This document shows positions 8,905 through 17,061 of a stretch of DNA of 48,351 nt, piece after piece. Position 1 is the first letter of the stretch. The number at the start of each line of letters is the position of its first letter. The DNA comes from an uncultured Gammaproteobacteria bacterium. GTDB taxonomy: Bacteria; Patescibacteriota; Microgenomatia; Daviesbacterales; UBA10151. The notes below the pieces were generated by a model. It did not search any database. It was given only the letters and a program-made list of their open reading frames with translations, and was not told the DNA's origin. Location of the stretch: assembly GCA_964523515.1 (NCBI GenBank), contig CAZFZP010000002.1, positions 333-48,683 of the forward strand, given 5' to 3'. The translations under genes were made by a program, and so were the position numbers.

Positions 8905-8956
8905 AGTTTACCAACCATGTTTATTCTTGTCAACAAATAAGCTTTACTGCTATTAT
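8905..8956. promoter_or_regulatory. back-to-back divergent promoters sharing one -35 region (small ORF on minus, aspS on plus)
   Basis: Plus strand: TTGTCA(8927-32)-18 nt-TATTAT(8951-56), then 8 nt to ATG 8965. Minus strand: TTGACA(8933-28)-17 nt-TAAACT(8910-05), then 7 nt to ATG 8897. The -35 hexamers overlap by 5 bp. Confidence 0.5.
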
Positions 8957-8964
8957 GCTTACAT

Positions 8965-10305
8965 ATGGAGAGAACTATGATTTTAGATTGTAATAATAAG
9001 GTAGGAGAGACTGTTAAAATTTGTGGATGGGTTTATTTAAGGCGTGATCATGGGAAGATTTTATTTTTGGATATATTAGATAGGACAGGAGTAATCCAGG
9101 TGGTGGTATTACAAGGTGTCAAACTAACACACCCTAAGGGTGTGCAAGATTTGCATCCGCAGGATGTAGTTTGTATTACCGGAGAGGTAAGTAAAAGGCC
9201 AGAAAATTTAGTAAATAATAATATCCCTACAGGTGGTATTGAGATTCAAGCTGAGGAAATTGAAGTTTTATCGGAAGCTCAAGAGTTACCATTTGATATG
9301 GGAGGAAAAGATTTAGACCTGCAACTGCCTACCCTTTTGGATTTTAGAACTCTGACTTTAAGGCATCCAAAAATAAAAGATATTTTTAGGATACAGGCCA
9401 AGATTATAGAGGGTTTTAGGTTATCTGCAGAAAAATTAGGCTGTATGGAAGTTTTTGTGCCAACGATTTCTGCTTCTTCAACTGAAGGTGGGGCAGAAGT
9501 TTTTAAAGTAAAATATTTTGAACATGAAGCTTTTATGACTCAAAGCCCTCAACTTTATAAACAAATAATGGTGGGAGTTTTTGAAAGAGTATATTTAATA
9601 TCCCATGCTTATCGGGCCGAGCCATCTGTCACCACAAGGCATCTAACAGAGTCTACTCAATTGGATTGTGAGTTAGGATTTGTAGATTTTGAAGATTTAC
9701 TTGATGCAATTGAAACAGTAGGAAGAGAAACTTTGCAGCACGGCGTTGATGCATATCCGGAAATTTTAGCAGAGTATGGAGTGAATCCTCCAAAATTAAT
9801 TAAAGAAGTTCCCCGTTTAACTATGAGGGAAGCTCAAAAAATTATTTTAGAAAAAACTGGACGGGATAATACTAAAGAATTAGATTTAACTCCAGAGGAC
9901 GAGAGGGATATTTGTAAATGGGCACAGGATGTAAAAGGTTCTGATTTGGTGACTATTACACATTTTCCAACTAAGAAAAGAGCTTTTTATTCAGAGCCAG
10001 ATCCTAATGATCCGGAATATTCATTAAGTTATGATCTATTATTTAAGGGAGTAGAAATATTAAGTGGTAGCAAACGGATTGATAACTATGAAAAGTTAGT
10101 GCAAGCTATTAAAGAAAGAGGAATGAATCCTAAAAATTTTGAAATGTATTTACAGGCTTTTAAATATGGAATGCCACCACACGGAGGTTTTTCTTTTGGA
10201 ATGGAGAGATTAACAATGTTACTTATGGGATTAGATAATATTAGACAGGCTGCACTTTTTCCAAGAGATATGGAAAGGGTAGATTTCCGTTTAAATCAAA
10301 AATAA
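8965..10305 (+). CDS. aspS: aspartate--tRNA ligase, short archaeal/eukaryal type (no GAD insertion)
   Basis: N-terminal OB fold (GWVYLRRDHGKILFLDILDRTGVIQVV), class II motifs (YRAEPSVTTRHLTE, GMPPHGGFSFGMERL, FPRD). An alternative start at ATG 8977 has a GGAGAG SD. Confidence 0.8.
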   Translation: MERTMILDCNNKVGETVKICGWVYLRRDHGKILFLDILDRTGVIQVVVLQGVKLTHPKGVQDLHPQDVVCITGEVSKRPENLVNNNIPTGGIEIQAEEIEVLSEAQELPFDMGGKDLDLQLPTLLDFRTLTLRHPKIKDIFRIQAKIIEGFRLSAEKLGCMEVFVPTISASSTEGGAEVFKVKYFEHEAFMTQSPQLYKQIMVGVFERVYLISHAYRAEPSVTTRHLTESTQLDCELGFVDFEDLLDAIETVGRETLQHGVDAYPEILAEYGVNPPKLIKEVPRLTMREAQKIILEKTGRDNTKELDLTPEDERDICKWAQDVKGSDLVTITHFPTKKRAFYSEPDPNDPEYSLSYDLLFKGVEILSGSKRIDNYEKLVQAIKERGMNPKNFEMYLQAFKYGMPPHGGFSFGMERLTMLLMGLDNIRQAALFPRDMERVDFRLNQK

Positions 10306-11225
10306 TGCGTCCTTATTTTTATGCTGCCATTTTAATATCACTTGCCGTGGTTTTTATTACGGTTTTTCCGTCCGGTACAAACTTGGTGGAAAGCGCTTTA
10401 GTTGATACACAAATCCCACAAAATAATACTCAAATTGCAGGAGTCCAAAAATATAATATTCCACCAGTCAGTAAGCATCAACCCATTCCTCCTATGTCTG
10501 CCAGAGCAATTTTTATAAAAGATTTACAAACAGGTATGGTACTTTTGGAAAAAGATGCCGATTTAAGATTACCAATTGCCTCAACCACTAAAATAATGAC
10601 AGCTTTAGTGGCCACGGAGTTTTTTAAACCTAATTCTGTGCTGACAGTTTCTGAAGGGGCAAATATTACAGGAGCTAGTGCGGGGTTTTCTAAAGGTGAG
10701 GCTTTAAGTTTTAGGTCAGTATTATATGGAATGTTACTTAATTCAGGAAACGATGCAGCTTTTACTATCGCTGAAAATTATCAGGGAGGAATTTTGGGAT
10801 TTATTTCAGCTATGAATAAAAAAGTGGATGCACTGGGTCTTATAAATACCCATTTTGATAACCCAGCTGGTTTTGATTCTAAAAACCATTTTTCCTCAGC
10901 TTATGATTTAGCTGTTATTACCGAGCAAGCTTTAAAGGATTATCAATTATCCCGTATTTTTGCCACTAAAGAAACAGAAGTAGTTTCACTGGATAAAAAA
11001 CATAAGCATAATCTGAAAAATCTTAATAAATTACTTTCTCAAGTAGCCGGAGTGCTAGGAGTAAAAACAGGATTTACAGAACAGGCTAAAGAAAATTTGG
11101 TAACATTGGTAGAAAGAGATAGTCATCAAATATTAGTAGTAGTATTAGGATCAGATGATAGGTTCGGAGAATCTACTAATTTAATTGAATGGGCCTATCA
11201 AAATTTTCAGTGGCCTACTCAGTGA
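10305..11225 (+). CDS. serine-type D-Ala-D-Ala carboxypeptidase (PBP5/S11-like)
   Basis: SxxK (ASTTK), SxN (NSGND) and KTG (VKTGFT) motifs, plus an N-terminal anchor. Confidence 0.8.
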   Translation: MRPYFYAAILISLAVVFITVFPSGTNLVESALVDTQIPQNNTQIAGVQKYNIPPVSKHQPIPPMSARAIFIKDLQTGMVLLEKDADLRLPIASTTKIMTALVATEFFKPNSVLTVSEGANITGASAGFSKGEALSFRSVLYGMLLNSGNDAAFTIAENYQGGILGFISAMNKKVDALGLINTHFDNPAGFDSKNHFSSAYDLAVITEQALKDYQLSRIFATKETEVVSLDKKHKHNLKNLNKLLSQVAGVLGVKTGFTEQAKENLVTLVERDSHQILVVVLGSDDRFGESTNLIEWAYQNFQWPTQ

Positions 11226-12213
11226 AAGTGTCAACAATTGCGCTAACTACTGCTACGAATCCCGGCCCTTCAAATACAAAAACCGGTTGCAAGTAAGGTG
11301 AGTAATCTGCTGATTGAAAATAAGCTAGATATACAGAAGTTATAGAAATTTGAGATTGCGATGGTTCTATTAAAATAACACCCTTGCCTGATTTTAAATC
11401 GTCAAATGCCGAAGTTACAGCCTTAATTGGATAAGTAGCAAAAGAGCTGGTATCAATTGGCCAAAAAGTATAATCTAGCGATAAATAATTTTCAATATGA
11501 TTGGCTGGTCCGTTCACATTAGCAAGTATCTGGGATTTATTAAAATCAGAATTAATAATAGGTTTCCCTTCCACATCAATTGGCCAAATTGATATTTGTA
11601 TTTTGCCGGCTTCTGACCCTTCTATCTTCAAAAGTTCAACTCTCCCTGCGCCATTTTTTAGTTCTTCCTTTAACAGTCCAAAAGAATTTAGTAGGTTTTT
11701 AAAATCTTCAATTAAACGGTTATCTTCCTCCCTTGTTGGAGTTTGGGCAGTCGGAGTAGCTTCATTGGAGTATTTAAAATTTCCAGTATCTAGGTCAACT
11801 AATAAATTGCGGGTATTATTTTTATATCTATATTGGGTATCAGAGAGAATTTCAGGTGTGGTATCCACACCAAATTTTTGGGCAAGTTCATCACTTTTCT
11901 CTCCAGCTAAAAGTGTGGCATAAGCATAAGGCACAAAAAATACTTTAATCAGTTTTTCAAATTGAGGTAATCCTCCGGTAGTAGTATCTAAAGTGTAAGA
12001 GAAGTTTGAAGAAGAAACATTTGATATGGGAAAATTAGGTGCAGGTAAAATACCAAATCTGGTATCTGGTTTTTCCTCTATAGGTGGTAAATTAGCCAGA
12101 TAATTGGCATACCAAATCCTATAACCTATAAAACTGGTAATTCCCAAAATCAGGCTGACTACAAAGATAGAGATAAATCTTCTGGTAAATGTAGCAACGG
12201 CAGTTAGAGTCAT
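11215..12213 (-). CDS. hypothetical N-terminally anchored extracytoplasmic protein
   Basis: 332-aa ORF with a TM segment (FISIFVVSLILGITSFIGY). The 3' end overlaps the carboxypeptidase gene by 11 nt. No family recognised. Confidence 0.5.
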   Translation of the reverse strand: MTLTAVATFTRRFISIFVVSLILGITSFIGYRIWYANYLANLPPIEEKPDTRFGILPAPNFPISNVSSSNFSYTLDTTTGGLPQFEKLIKVFFVPYAYATLLAGEKSDELAQKFGVDTTPEILSDTQYRYKNNTRNLLVDLDTGNFKYSNEATPTAQTPTREEDNRLIEDFKNLLNSFGLLKEELKNGAGRVELLKIEGSEAGKIQISIWPIDVEGKPIINSDFNKSQILANVNGPANHIENYLSLDYTFWPIDTSSFATYPIKAVTSAFDDLKSGKGVILIEPSQSQISITSVYLAYFQSADYSPYLQPVFVFEGPGFVAVVSAIVDTFTE

Positions 12214-12241
12214 AGACTAACTTAATTATACAGAATATAAT
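12213..12241 (+). promoter_or_regulatory. gltX promoter (leaderless configuration)
   Basis: TAGACT(12213-18)-17 nt-TATAAT(12236-41), then 6 nt to ATG 12248. Confidence 0.45.
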
Positions 12242-12247
12242 ATGAGC

Positions 12248-13588
12248 ATGGTTAGAACTAGAATAGCACCATCTCCCACCGGATTGCCACATATTGGAAC
12301 TGCTTGGCAGGCCCTTTTTGATTATTGTTTTGCTAAGAAAAATAATGGCAGCTTTGTCTTAAGAATAGAAGATACTGATAAAGCAAGGTATGTAGAAGAA
12401 AGTGAAGAGCAGATTTATGAAACTTTAAATTGGCTGGGATTTGATTTTGATGAAGGGCCTAAGAAGGAAGGAAAGTTTGGGCCTTATAGACAATCAGAAA
12501 GGTTAGATATTTACAAAAAATATGCTGACGAGCTTTTACAAAAAGGGTTGGCATATATAGAGGAAGGGGCTATTAAATTTAAAATTAATAAAGAGGGTCA
12601 AACTACCTATCATGATTTAATAGGTAGTGAGCGCAATTCCCGAGGCGGTAAAGATATCGTAATTGAAAATTCCCTCCAGGAAGACTTTGTAATGATTAAA
12701 TCTGATGGGTATCCAACTTATAATTTTGCCAATGTGATAGATGATCATTTGATGGAAATTTCCCATGTAATTAGAGGAAATGAGTATATTTCTTCAATGC
12801 CTAAATATATTCAGCTTTATAATTCTTTAGGATGGACCCTACCTCAATTTGCCCATTTACCACTGCTTGTAGGATCTGACCGGGCCAAACTTTCTAAAAG
12901 ACATGGGGCAAAATCTGCTTTGGATTATAAAAAAGAAGGATTTTTGAAAGAGGCTGTGATTAACTTTTTGGCCCTTTTAGGTTGGTCTCATCCAGAAGGT
13001 AAAGAAATATTTACCTTAGAGGAGATGATTTCAGTTTTTGATTTTAAAAATTTTAACCAGTCATCAGCTTTTTTTGATGAAACAAAATTGGAATGGATGA
13101 ATGGAGAATATATTAGGAAGATGTCTGATGAAGAGCTTACTAAAAGGTTACAAGAGTTTTTGGTAGACCATCCAGCTAAAGAAAAAATTGGCCCAGTAGT
13201 TCCTTTAATAAAAGAGAGGATTAAAAAATTATCTGATTTTATTGCCCTAACTGACTTTTTATTTAATAAGCCGGAATATGAAGATGTAATTTTTGAGTCT
13301 CTCTTTTCTAGTCATTCTGAGCGAAGCGAAGAATCTAAAGATTACAAAGAAATATTGCAGCATATTTTGAAAAAACTTAAAAATCTTCCCAAACCCTGGA
13401 AAAAAGAGGATTTTGAAAAAGAGTTTCAGGGTTTAGCCAAAGATTTAGATTTATCAAACACCCAAATGTTTCAGCTCATCAGAGTGGCTATTTCTGGGTC
13501 TACTGTCACCCCGCCACTTTTTGAATCAATTCAGATTCTAGGAGAAGAGGAAACGGTTGAAAGAGTAAGTACATTATTAAACTCTTGA
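12248..13588 (+). CDS. gltX: glutamate--tRNA ligase
   Basis: MVRTRIAPSPTGLPHIGTA (HIGH-type motif) and KLSKR (KMSKS). The track start at 12242 abuts the -10 hexamer, so ATG 12248 is preferred. Confidence 0.9.
   Translation: MVRTRIAPSPTGLPHIGTAWQALFDYCFAKKNNGSFVLRIEDTDKARYVEESEEQIYETLNWLGFDFDEGPKKEGKFGPYRQSERLDIYKKYADELLQKGLAYIEEGAIKFKINKEGQTTYHDLIGSERNSRGGKDIVIENSLQEDFVMIKSDGYPTYNFANVIDDHLMEISHVIRGNEYISSMPKYIQLYNSLGWTLPQFAHLPLLVGSDRAKLSKRHGAKSALDYKKEGFLKEAVINFLALLGWSHPEGKEIFTLEEMISVFDFKNFNQSSAFFDETKLEWMNGEYIRKMSDEELTKRLQEFLVDHPAKEKIGPVVPLIKERIKKLSDFIALTDFLFNKPEYEDVIFESLFSSHSERSEESKDYKEILQHILKKLKNLPKPWKKEDFEKEFQGLAKDLDLSNTQMFQLIRVAISGSTVTPPLFESIQILGEEETVERVSTLLNS
13311..13335 (+). repeat. GTCATTCTGA-type hairpin repeat lying in-frame inside gltX (encodes SHSERSEES)
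   Basis: gtcATTCTgaGCgaaGCgaAGAATc: a 5-bp stem, tandem G.A pairs and the GCGAAGC mini-hairpin core. It shares its GTCATTCTGA...GAATC frame with 31010-31036. Confidence 0.45.
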
Positions 13589-13620
13589 GTTTAAGGTAAG
13601 GTATATGGTAAATTTCGGCT

Positions 13621-13914
13621 ATGGAAGAAAATACTAGGATTAAATTGATTATTGCCGGTTTAATACTCGCTTCTTTTGCAGTAGGTTATTTTATTGTAAC
13701 TCAAAAGTTTAAATCAGATGTGTCTCAACAAGAGCAGCAAACAGATATTACTTCTACTGTTTTTCCTTCCTCATTACCTGCGGTGATAGATCAAGACTTA
13801 GGACAATTAGATGTGCAAATGTTACCTCAAACAGGTGTACCTATGCCGATCCTGACTAGTTTGGCCCTCTCAGCCGCAATTTCCGGTTTTTTCCTCCGCA
13901 AATTTCCAAATTAG
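13621..13914 (+). CDS. small LPXTG-type sortase-substrate-like protein
   Basis: N-terminal TM or signal anchor. C-terminal LPQTG (nt 13822-13836), then a hydrophobic stretch (VPMPILTSLALSAAISGFFL) and an RK tail. Promoter-like TTGAGT-18-TAAATT lies 6 nt before the ATG. Confidence 0.55.
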   Translation: MEENTRIKLIIAGLILASFAVGYFIVTQKFKSDVSQQEQQTDITSTVFPSSLPAVIDQDLGQLDVQMLPQTGVPMPILTSLALSAAISGFFLRKFPN

Positions 13915-13950
13915 CTTCAAAACTGGTATACTTTTCACATAATTAAATAA

Positions 13951-14021
13951 TGCTGGGTCGTCTAACGGTAGGACAATAGCCTCTGAAGCTATTTATCTTG
14001 GTCCGAATCCAAGCCCAGCAG
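13951..14021 (+). tRNA. tRNA-Gln (anticodon CUG), no encoded CCA
   Basis: Manual fold: acceptor TGCTGGG/CCCAGCA (U1-A72, as in bacterial tRNA-Gln), anticodon arm ATAGC-CTCTGAA-GCTAT, T arm CTTGG-TCCGAAT-CCAAG, discriminator G. Confidence 0.8.
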
Positions 14022-14124
14022 CTTGATTTGAGAATAATACTTAAGGTGTCTACCTAATACACCCTGGAGGTGTGAGTGGTGTGAGTATTCATACGTTTGA
14101 TTCATTTTGAATTAAATAATATAT

Positions 14125-14153
14125 CTTGAATCTTAGGGTTATTTATCATAGTA
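14125..14153 (+). promoter_or_regulatory. promoter for the 110-aa coiled-coil gene (leaderless configuration)
   Basis: TTGAAT(14125-30)-17 nt-TAGTAT(14148-53), then 7 nt to ATG 14161. Confidence 0.4.
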
Positions 14154-14160
14154 TAAATTT

Positions 14161-14493
14161 ATGACTAATGATGATCTAAACCAAATCCGTGGAGTTGTTA
14201 AAGAAGAAATAGGTTCTGCATTAAAATCTATTAAAGGAACATTAGCTAATCATGCCAAGAAACTTGATATCTTGTGGGATCAAACTGTTAAATTATCAGA
14301 GGATATGATTCAAGTACAAGAAACATTAGATTCCCATACCAAGATATTAGATTCCCATACAATTTCCCTAAAAAGAATTGAAGAAAATACTGAGCAGAAC
14401 ACTAATAATTTAAAGAAATTGAATAAAAGAGTTGGTCAACGTGAAGATCAAGCAGGAATAGTTCCTCTACCAGAATTAATCATAGCTGAATAA
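14161..14493 (+). CDS. hypothetical coiled-coil protein
   Basis: 110-aa heptad-rich ORF. A 21-nt tandem duplication (TTAGATTCCCATAC at 14326 and 14347) gives LDSHTKI/LDSHTIS. Confidence 0.5.
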   Translation: MTNDDLNQIRGVVKEEIGSALKSIKGTLANHAKKLDILWDQTVKLSEDMIQVQETLDSHTKILDSHTISLKRIEENTEQNTNNLKKLNKRVGQREDQAGIVPLPELIIAE

Positions 14494-14510
14494 ATAAATA
14501 TTATTAATTC

Positions 14511-14750
14511 ATGTTTTTTGTTTATGTCCTTGAATGTGCAGATAAGACTTATTATATTGGATGTACAAATAATTTAGAAAAAAGATTAAAAGAGCATAAT
14601 TTTGCAAAAACTGGAGCCCATTACACTAAAATTAGAAGACCGGTTATTTTAAAATATCAAGAAACTTTTGATAATTTACTTTCAGCCCGGGGAAGGGAAG
14701 CCCAGATAAAAAGATTAGAAAGAAAACAAAAAGAAAAACTCTGGATTTAA
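14511..14750 (+). CDS. GIY-YIG nuclease superfamily protein (UPF0213/YhbQ-like)
   Basis: FVYVLEC..KTYYIGCTNNLEKRLKEHN matches the GIY-YIG core. TATTAT lies 6 nt before the ATG. Confidence 0.8.
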   Translation: MFFVYVLECADKTYYIGCTNNLEKRLKEHNFAKTGAHYTKIRRPVILKYQETFDNLLSARGREAQIKRLERKQKEKLWI

Positions 14751-16528
14751 AGTTTAGCTTGTAAATTAGTTTTTCTAATTCTGATATTTTTTGGAGTTAC
14801 TTCTACAAGTTCTTCATCATTGATATATTCTAAAGCTTCTTCTAAGTCCATCAATTTTGGATTATTAAAATGATCAGAGACACCCTCTCCAGATGACCTA
14901 TGGTTAGTCTGAGCTTTTTCTTTGCAGACATTGACACTTATATCCCCAGACCGGGAATTTCTGCCAATAACCTGCCCTTTATAAACCGGTATCCCTGGGC
15001 CTAAAAATAAAGTTCCCCGATCTTGAATCCCTAAAAGTCCATATAATTTAGTAACCCCATTTTCATGAACCACTAAAGAACCATTATCCCGGGTAAACTT
15101 TTGTGGATTATCAGGAGCAAATTCATAAAAATTAGCATTAAATATCCCCATCCCTTTTGTATCTGTAATAAATTCACTTCTGTAACCAAATAACTCTTTG
15201 GTGGCAATAATAAATTCCATTACTACAATTCCATTTTCATTAATCATATTTTCTAATGCTCCGTGCCGCAATCCCATCTTTTGCATCACAGTTCCAGAAA
15301 ATTCTTCTGGTACTTCAATATAAACTTTCTCATATGGGGTCATAACCTGATTATTAATAATTTTTTCTATCACCTGAGGCCGTGAGACTTCAAACTCATA
15401 ACCTTCCCGTCTTAACCTTTCAATTAAAATTGCCAAATGTAGCTCACCTCTGCCAGAGATTTTCCATCCACCAGCTGGACTATTTTCCATCCTGATAGCC
15501 ACATCATCTTCAGCAGCTTTGGTTAACCTTTCCTCGATTTGCCGGGAAGTTTTAAACTCTCCCTCAATCCCTGCAAAAGGTGAAGTATTTACTCCAAAAG
15601 TCATTTTTACAGTTGGCTCTTCAATTGAAAGTAGCGGCAAGGCTTTGGTGTTTGTATTATCTGTAATAGTTTCTCCAATAGTAATATCAGGTATGCCCGA
15701 GATAGCTACTATATCTCCAGCAATTGCCGCTATCACCTCAACTCTATCCAGTCCCTCAAAAGTCATTAGAGATGTTAGACGATATTTATTTTTTGCTCCA
15801 TCTCTTGACAAGTGAACAATATCTTGGTTTTTTGTCATCTTGCCTTCAAAGATTCTCCCAATGGCAATCCGGCCTTTAAAATTATCCGGGATAGTAGAAG
15901 TAACAAGCATTTGTAGTGGTGCATTTTCATTTCCACCCGGAGCTGGGATATATTTTAAGATTGCTTCAAAAATAGGCGTAATGTCAGTCATTTTACTCAA
16001 GTCTGGATCTTCCCCTGCCAAACCATTTTTAGATGAGGCATAGACTACCGGGAAATATGCTGCCGCCTCATCTGCTCCCAGTTCAATAAATAAATCAAAG
16101 GTTTTATTTAAACAAAAGTCAATCCGGCTATCTGGCTTATCAATTTTGTTAACTACCACTATGATTTTAAGACCCATTTTCAAAGCTTGTTTTAAGACAA
16201 ATCTGGTTTGTGGCATTGGGCCTTCTTTGGCATCAATTAAAAGTAAAACACCATCTGCCAGTTTTAAAACCCTTTCTACCTCTCCCCCAAAATCTGCGTG
16301 CCCGGGAGTATCAATAATATTAATTTTTGTGTCTTTGTAATTGACTGAGGCATTTTTAGAAAAAATGGTAATACCTCTTTCTTTTTCCAATTCATTACTA
16401 TCCATGATTAAAGAGGTATCTTTGATGTCTTTATCCATCTTGGTTTGGGTTTGTTTAAGTAAGGCATCCACAAGGGTGGTTTTGCCATGGTCAACGTGAG
16501 CAATGATAGCTATATTTCTTATATCCAT
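14747..16528 (-). CDS. typA: translational GTPase TypA/BipA
   Basis: AHVDHGKTTL, DTPGHADFGGEVER and NKID G-motifs; EF-G-like domains; 593 aa. Confidence 0.9.
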   Translation of the reverse strand: MDIRNIAIIAHVDHGKTTLVDALLKQTQTKMDKDIKDTSLIMDSNELEKERGITIFSKNASVNYKDTKINIIDTPGHADFGGEVERVLKLADGVLLLIDAKEGPMPQTRFVLKQALKMGLKIIVVVNKIDKPDSRIDFCLNKTFDLFIELGADEAAAYFPVVYASSKNGLAGEDPDLSKMTDITPIFEAILKYIPAPGGNENAPLQMLVTSTIPDNFKGRIAIGRIFEGKMTKNQDIVHLSRDGAKNKYRLTSLMTFEGLDRVEVIAAIAGDIVAISGIPDITIGETITDNTNTKALPLLSIEEPTVKMTFGVNTSPFAGIEGEFKTSRQIEERLTKAAEDDVAIRMENSPAGGWKISGRGELHLAILIERLRREGYEFEVSRPQVIEKIINNQVMTPYEKVYIEVPEEFSGTVMQKMGLRHGALENMINENGIVVMEFIIATKELFGYRSEFITDTKGMGIFNANFYEFAPDNPQKFTRDNGSLVVHENGVTKLYGLLGIQDRGTLFLGPGIPVYKGQVIGRNSRSGDISVNVCKEKAQTNHRSSGEGVSDHFNNPKLMDLEEALEYINDEELVEVTPKNIRIRKTNLQAKL

Positions 16529-16596
16529 AAGAAGTAATTATACTACTTTTAGCCTGAAAATGGAACTTTGAGGATTAAAGTAGTAAAATCTTTCAG

Positions 16597-17061
16597 ATGA
16601 GAAGAGGATTATTTATTGGCAGGTTTCAACCGTTCCATATTGGGCATTTATCTGTGTTGCAAACAATGGATCAAGATAATGAAATTGATGAAATTATTAT
16701 TATGATTGGTTCAGCTGATAAATCTGGCACTTTTGATAATCCATTTTCCTTTGAAAAACGGGCAGAGATGATTAGAAGCATACTAATAAAAAAGCCATTT
16801 CAGATTATTGCTTTGCCTGATGGTCAAAATCATGATAAATGGTTTGAAAATTTAATGTCAGAGCTACCTGAATTTAGTGTAGTTTATACAGGTAGTGATT
16901 CTATAAAAAAATTATTCTCAAATTTTATTATAAAAACCCCATCTATTAAATATAAAATTTCTGGGACAGAGATTAGAGTTCAAATAAGAAAAGGCCAAAA
17001 TTGGCAAAAATGGGTATCTAAAGAGGTAGCAAAGATAATTTCAAGAAGTATGTTGTTTTAA
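16597..17061 (+). CDS. nicotinamide-nucleotide adenylyltransferase (archaeal NadM-like cytidylyltransferase fold)
   Basis: GRFQPFHIGHL motif and ISGTEIR near the C-terminus. TAAAAT lies 7 nt before the ATG. Confidence 0.7.
   Translation: MRRGLFIGRFQPFHIGHLSVLQTMDQDNEIDEIIIMIGSADKSGTFDNPFSFEKRAEMIRSILIKKPFQIIALPDGQNHDKWFENLMSELPEFSVVYTGSDSIKKLFSNFIIKTPSIKYKISGTEIRVQIRKGQNWQKWVSKEVAKIISRSMLF

Noticed and set aside
14326-14360. 21-nt tandem duplication (LDSHTKI/LDSHTIS) in the 110-aa coiled-coil gene, and the GGTGTGAGT x2 direct repeat at ~14069-14086 downstream of tRNA-Gln.
   Set aside because: The first is a simple one-heptad duplication within a coiled coil. The second is only two short copies. 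No integrase or att-like repeat of the tRNA 3' end was seen, so an integrated element is not supported.
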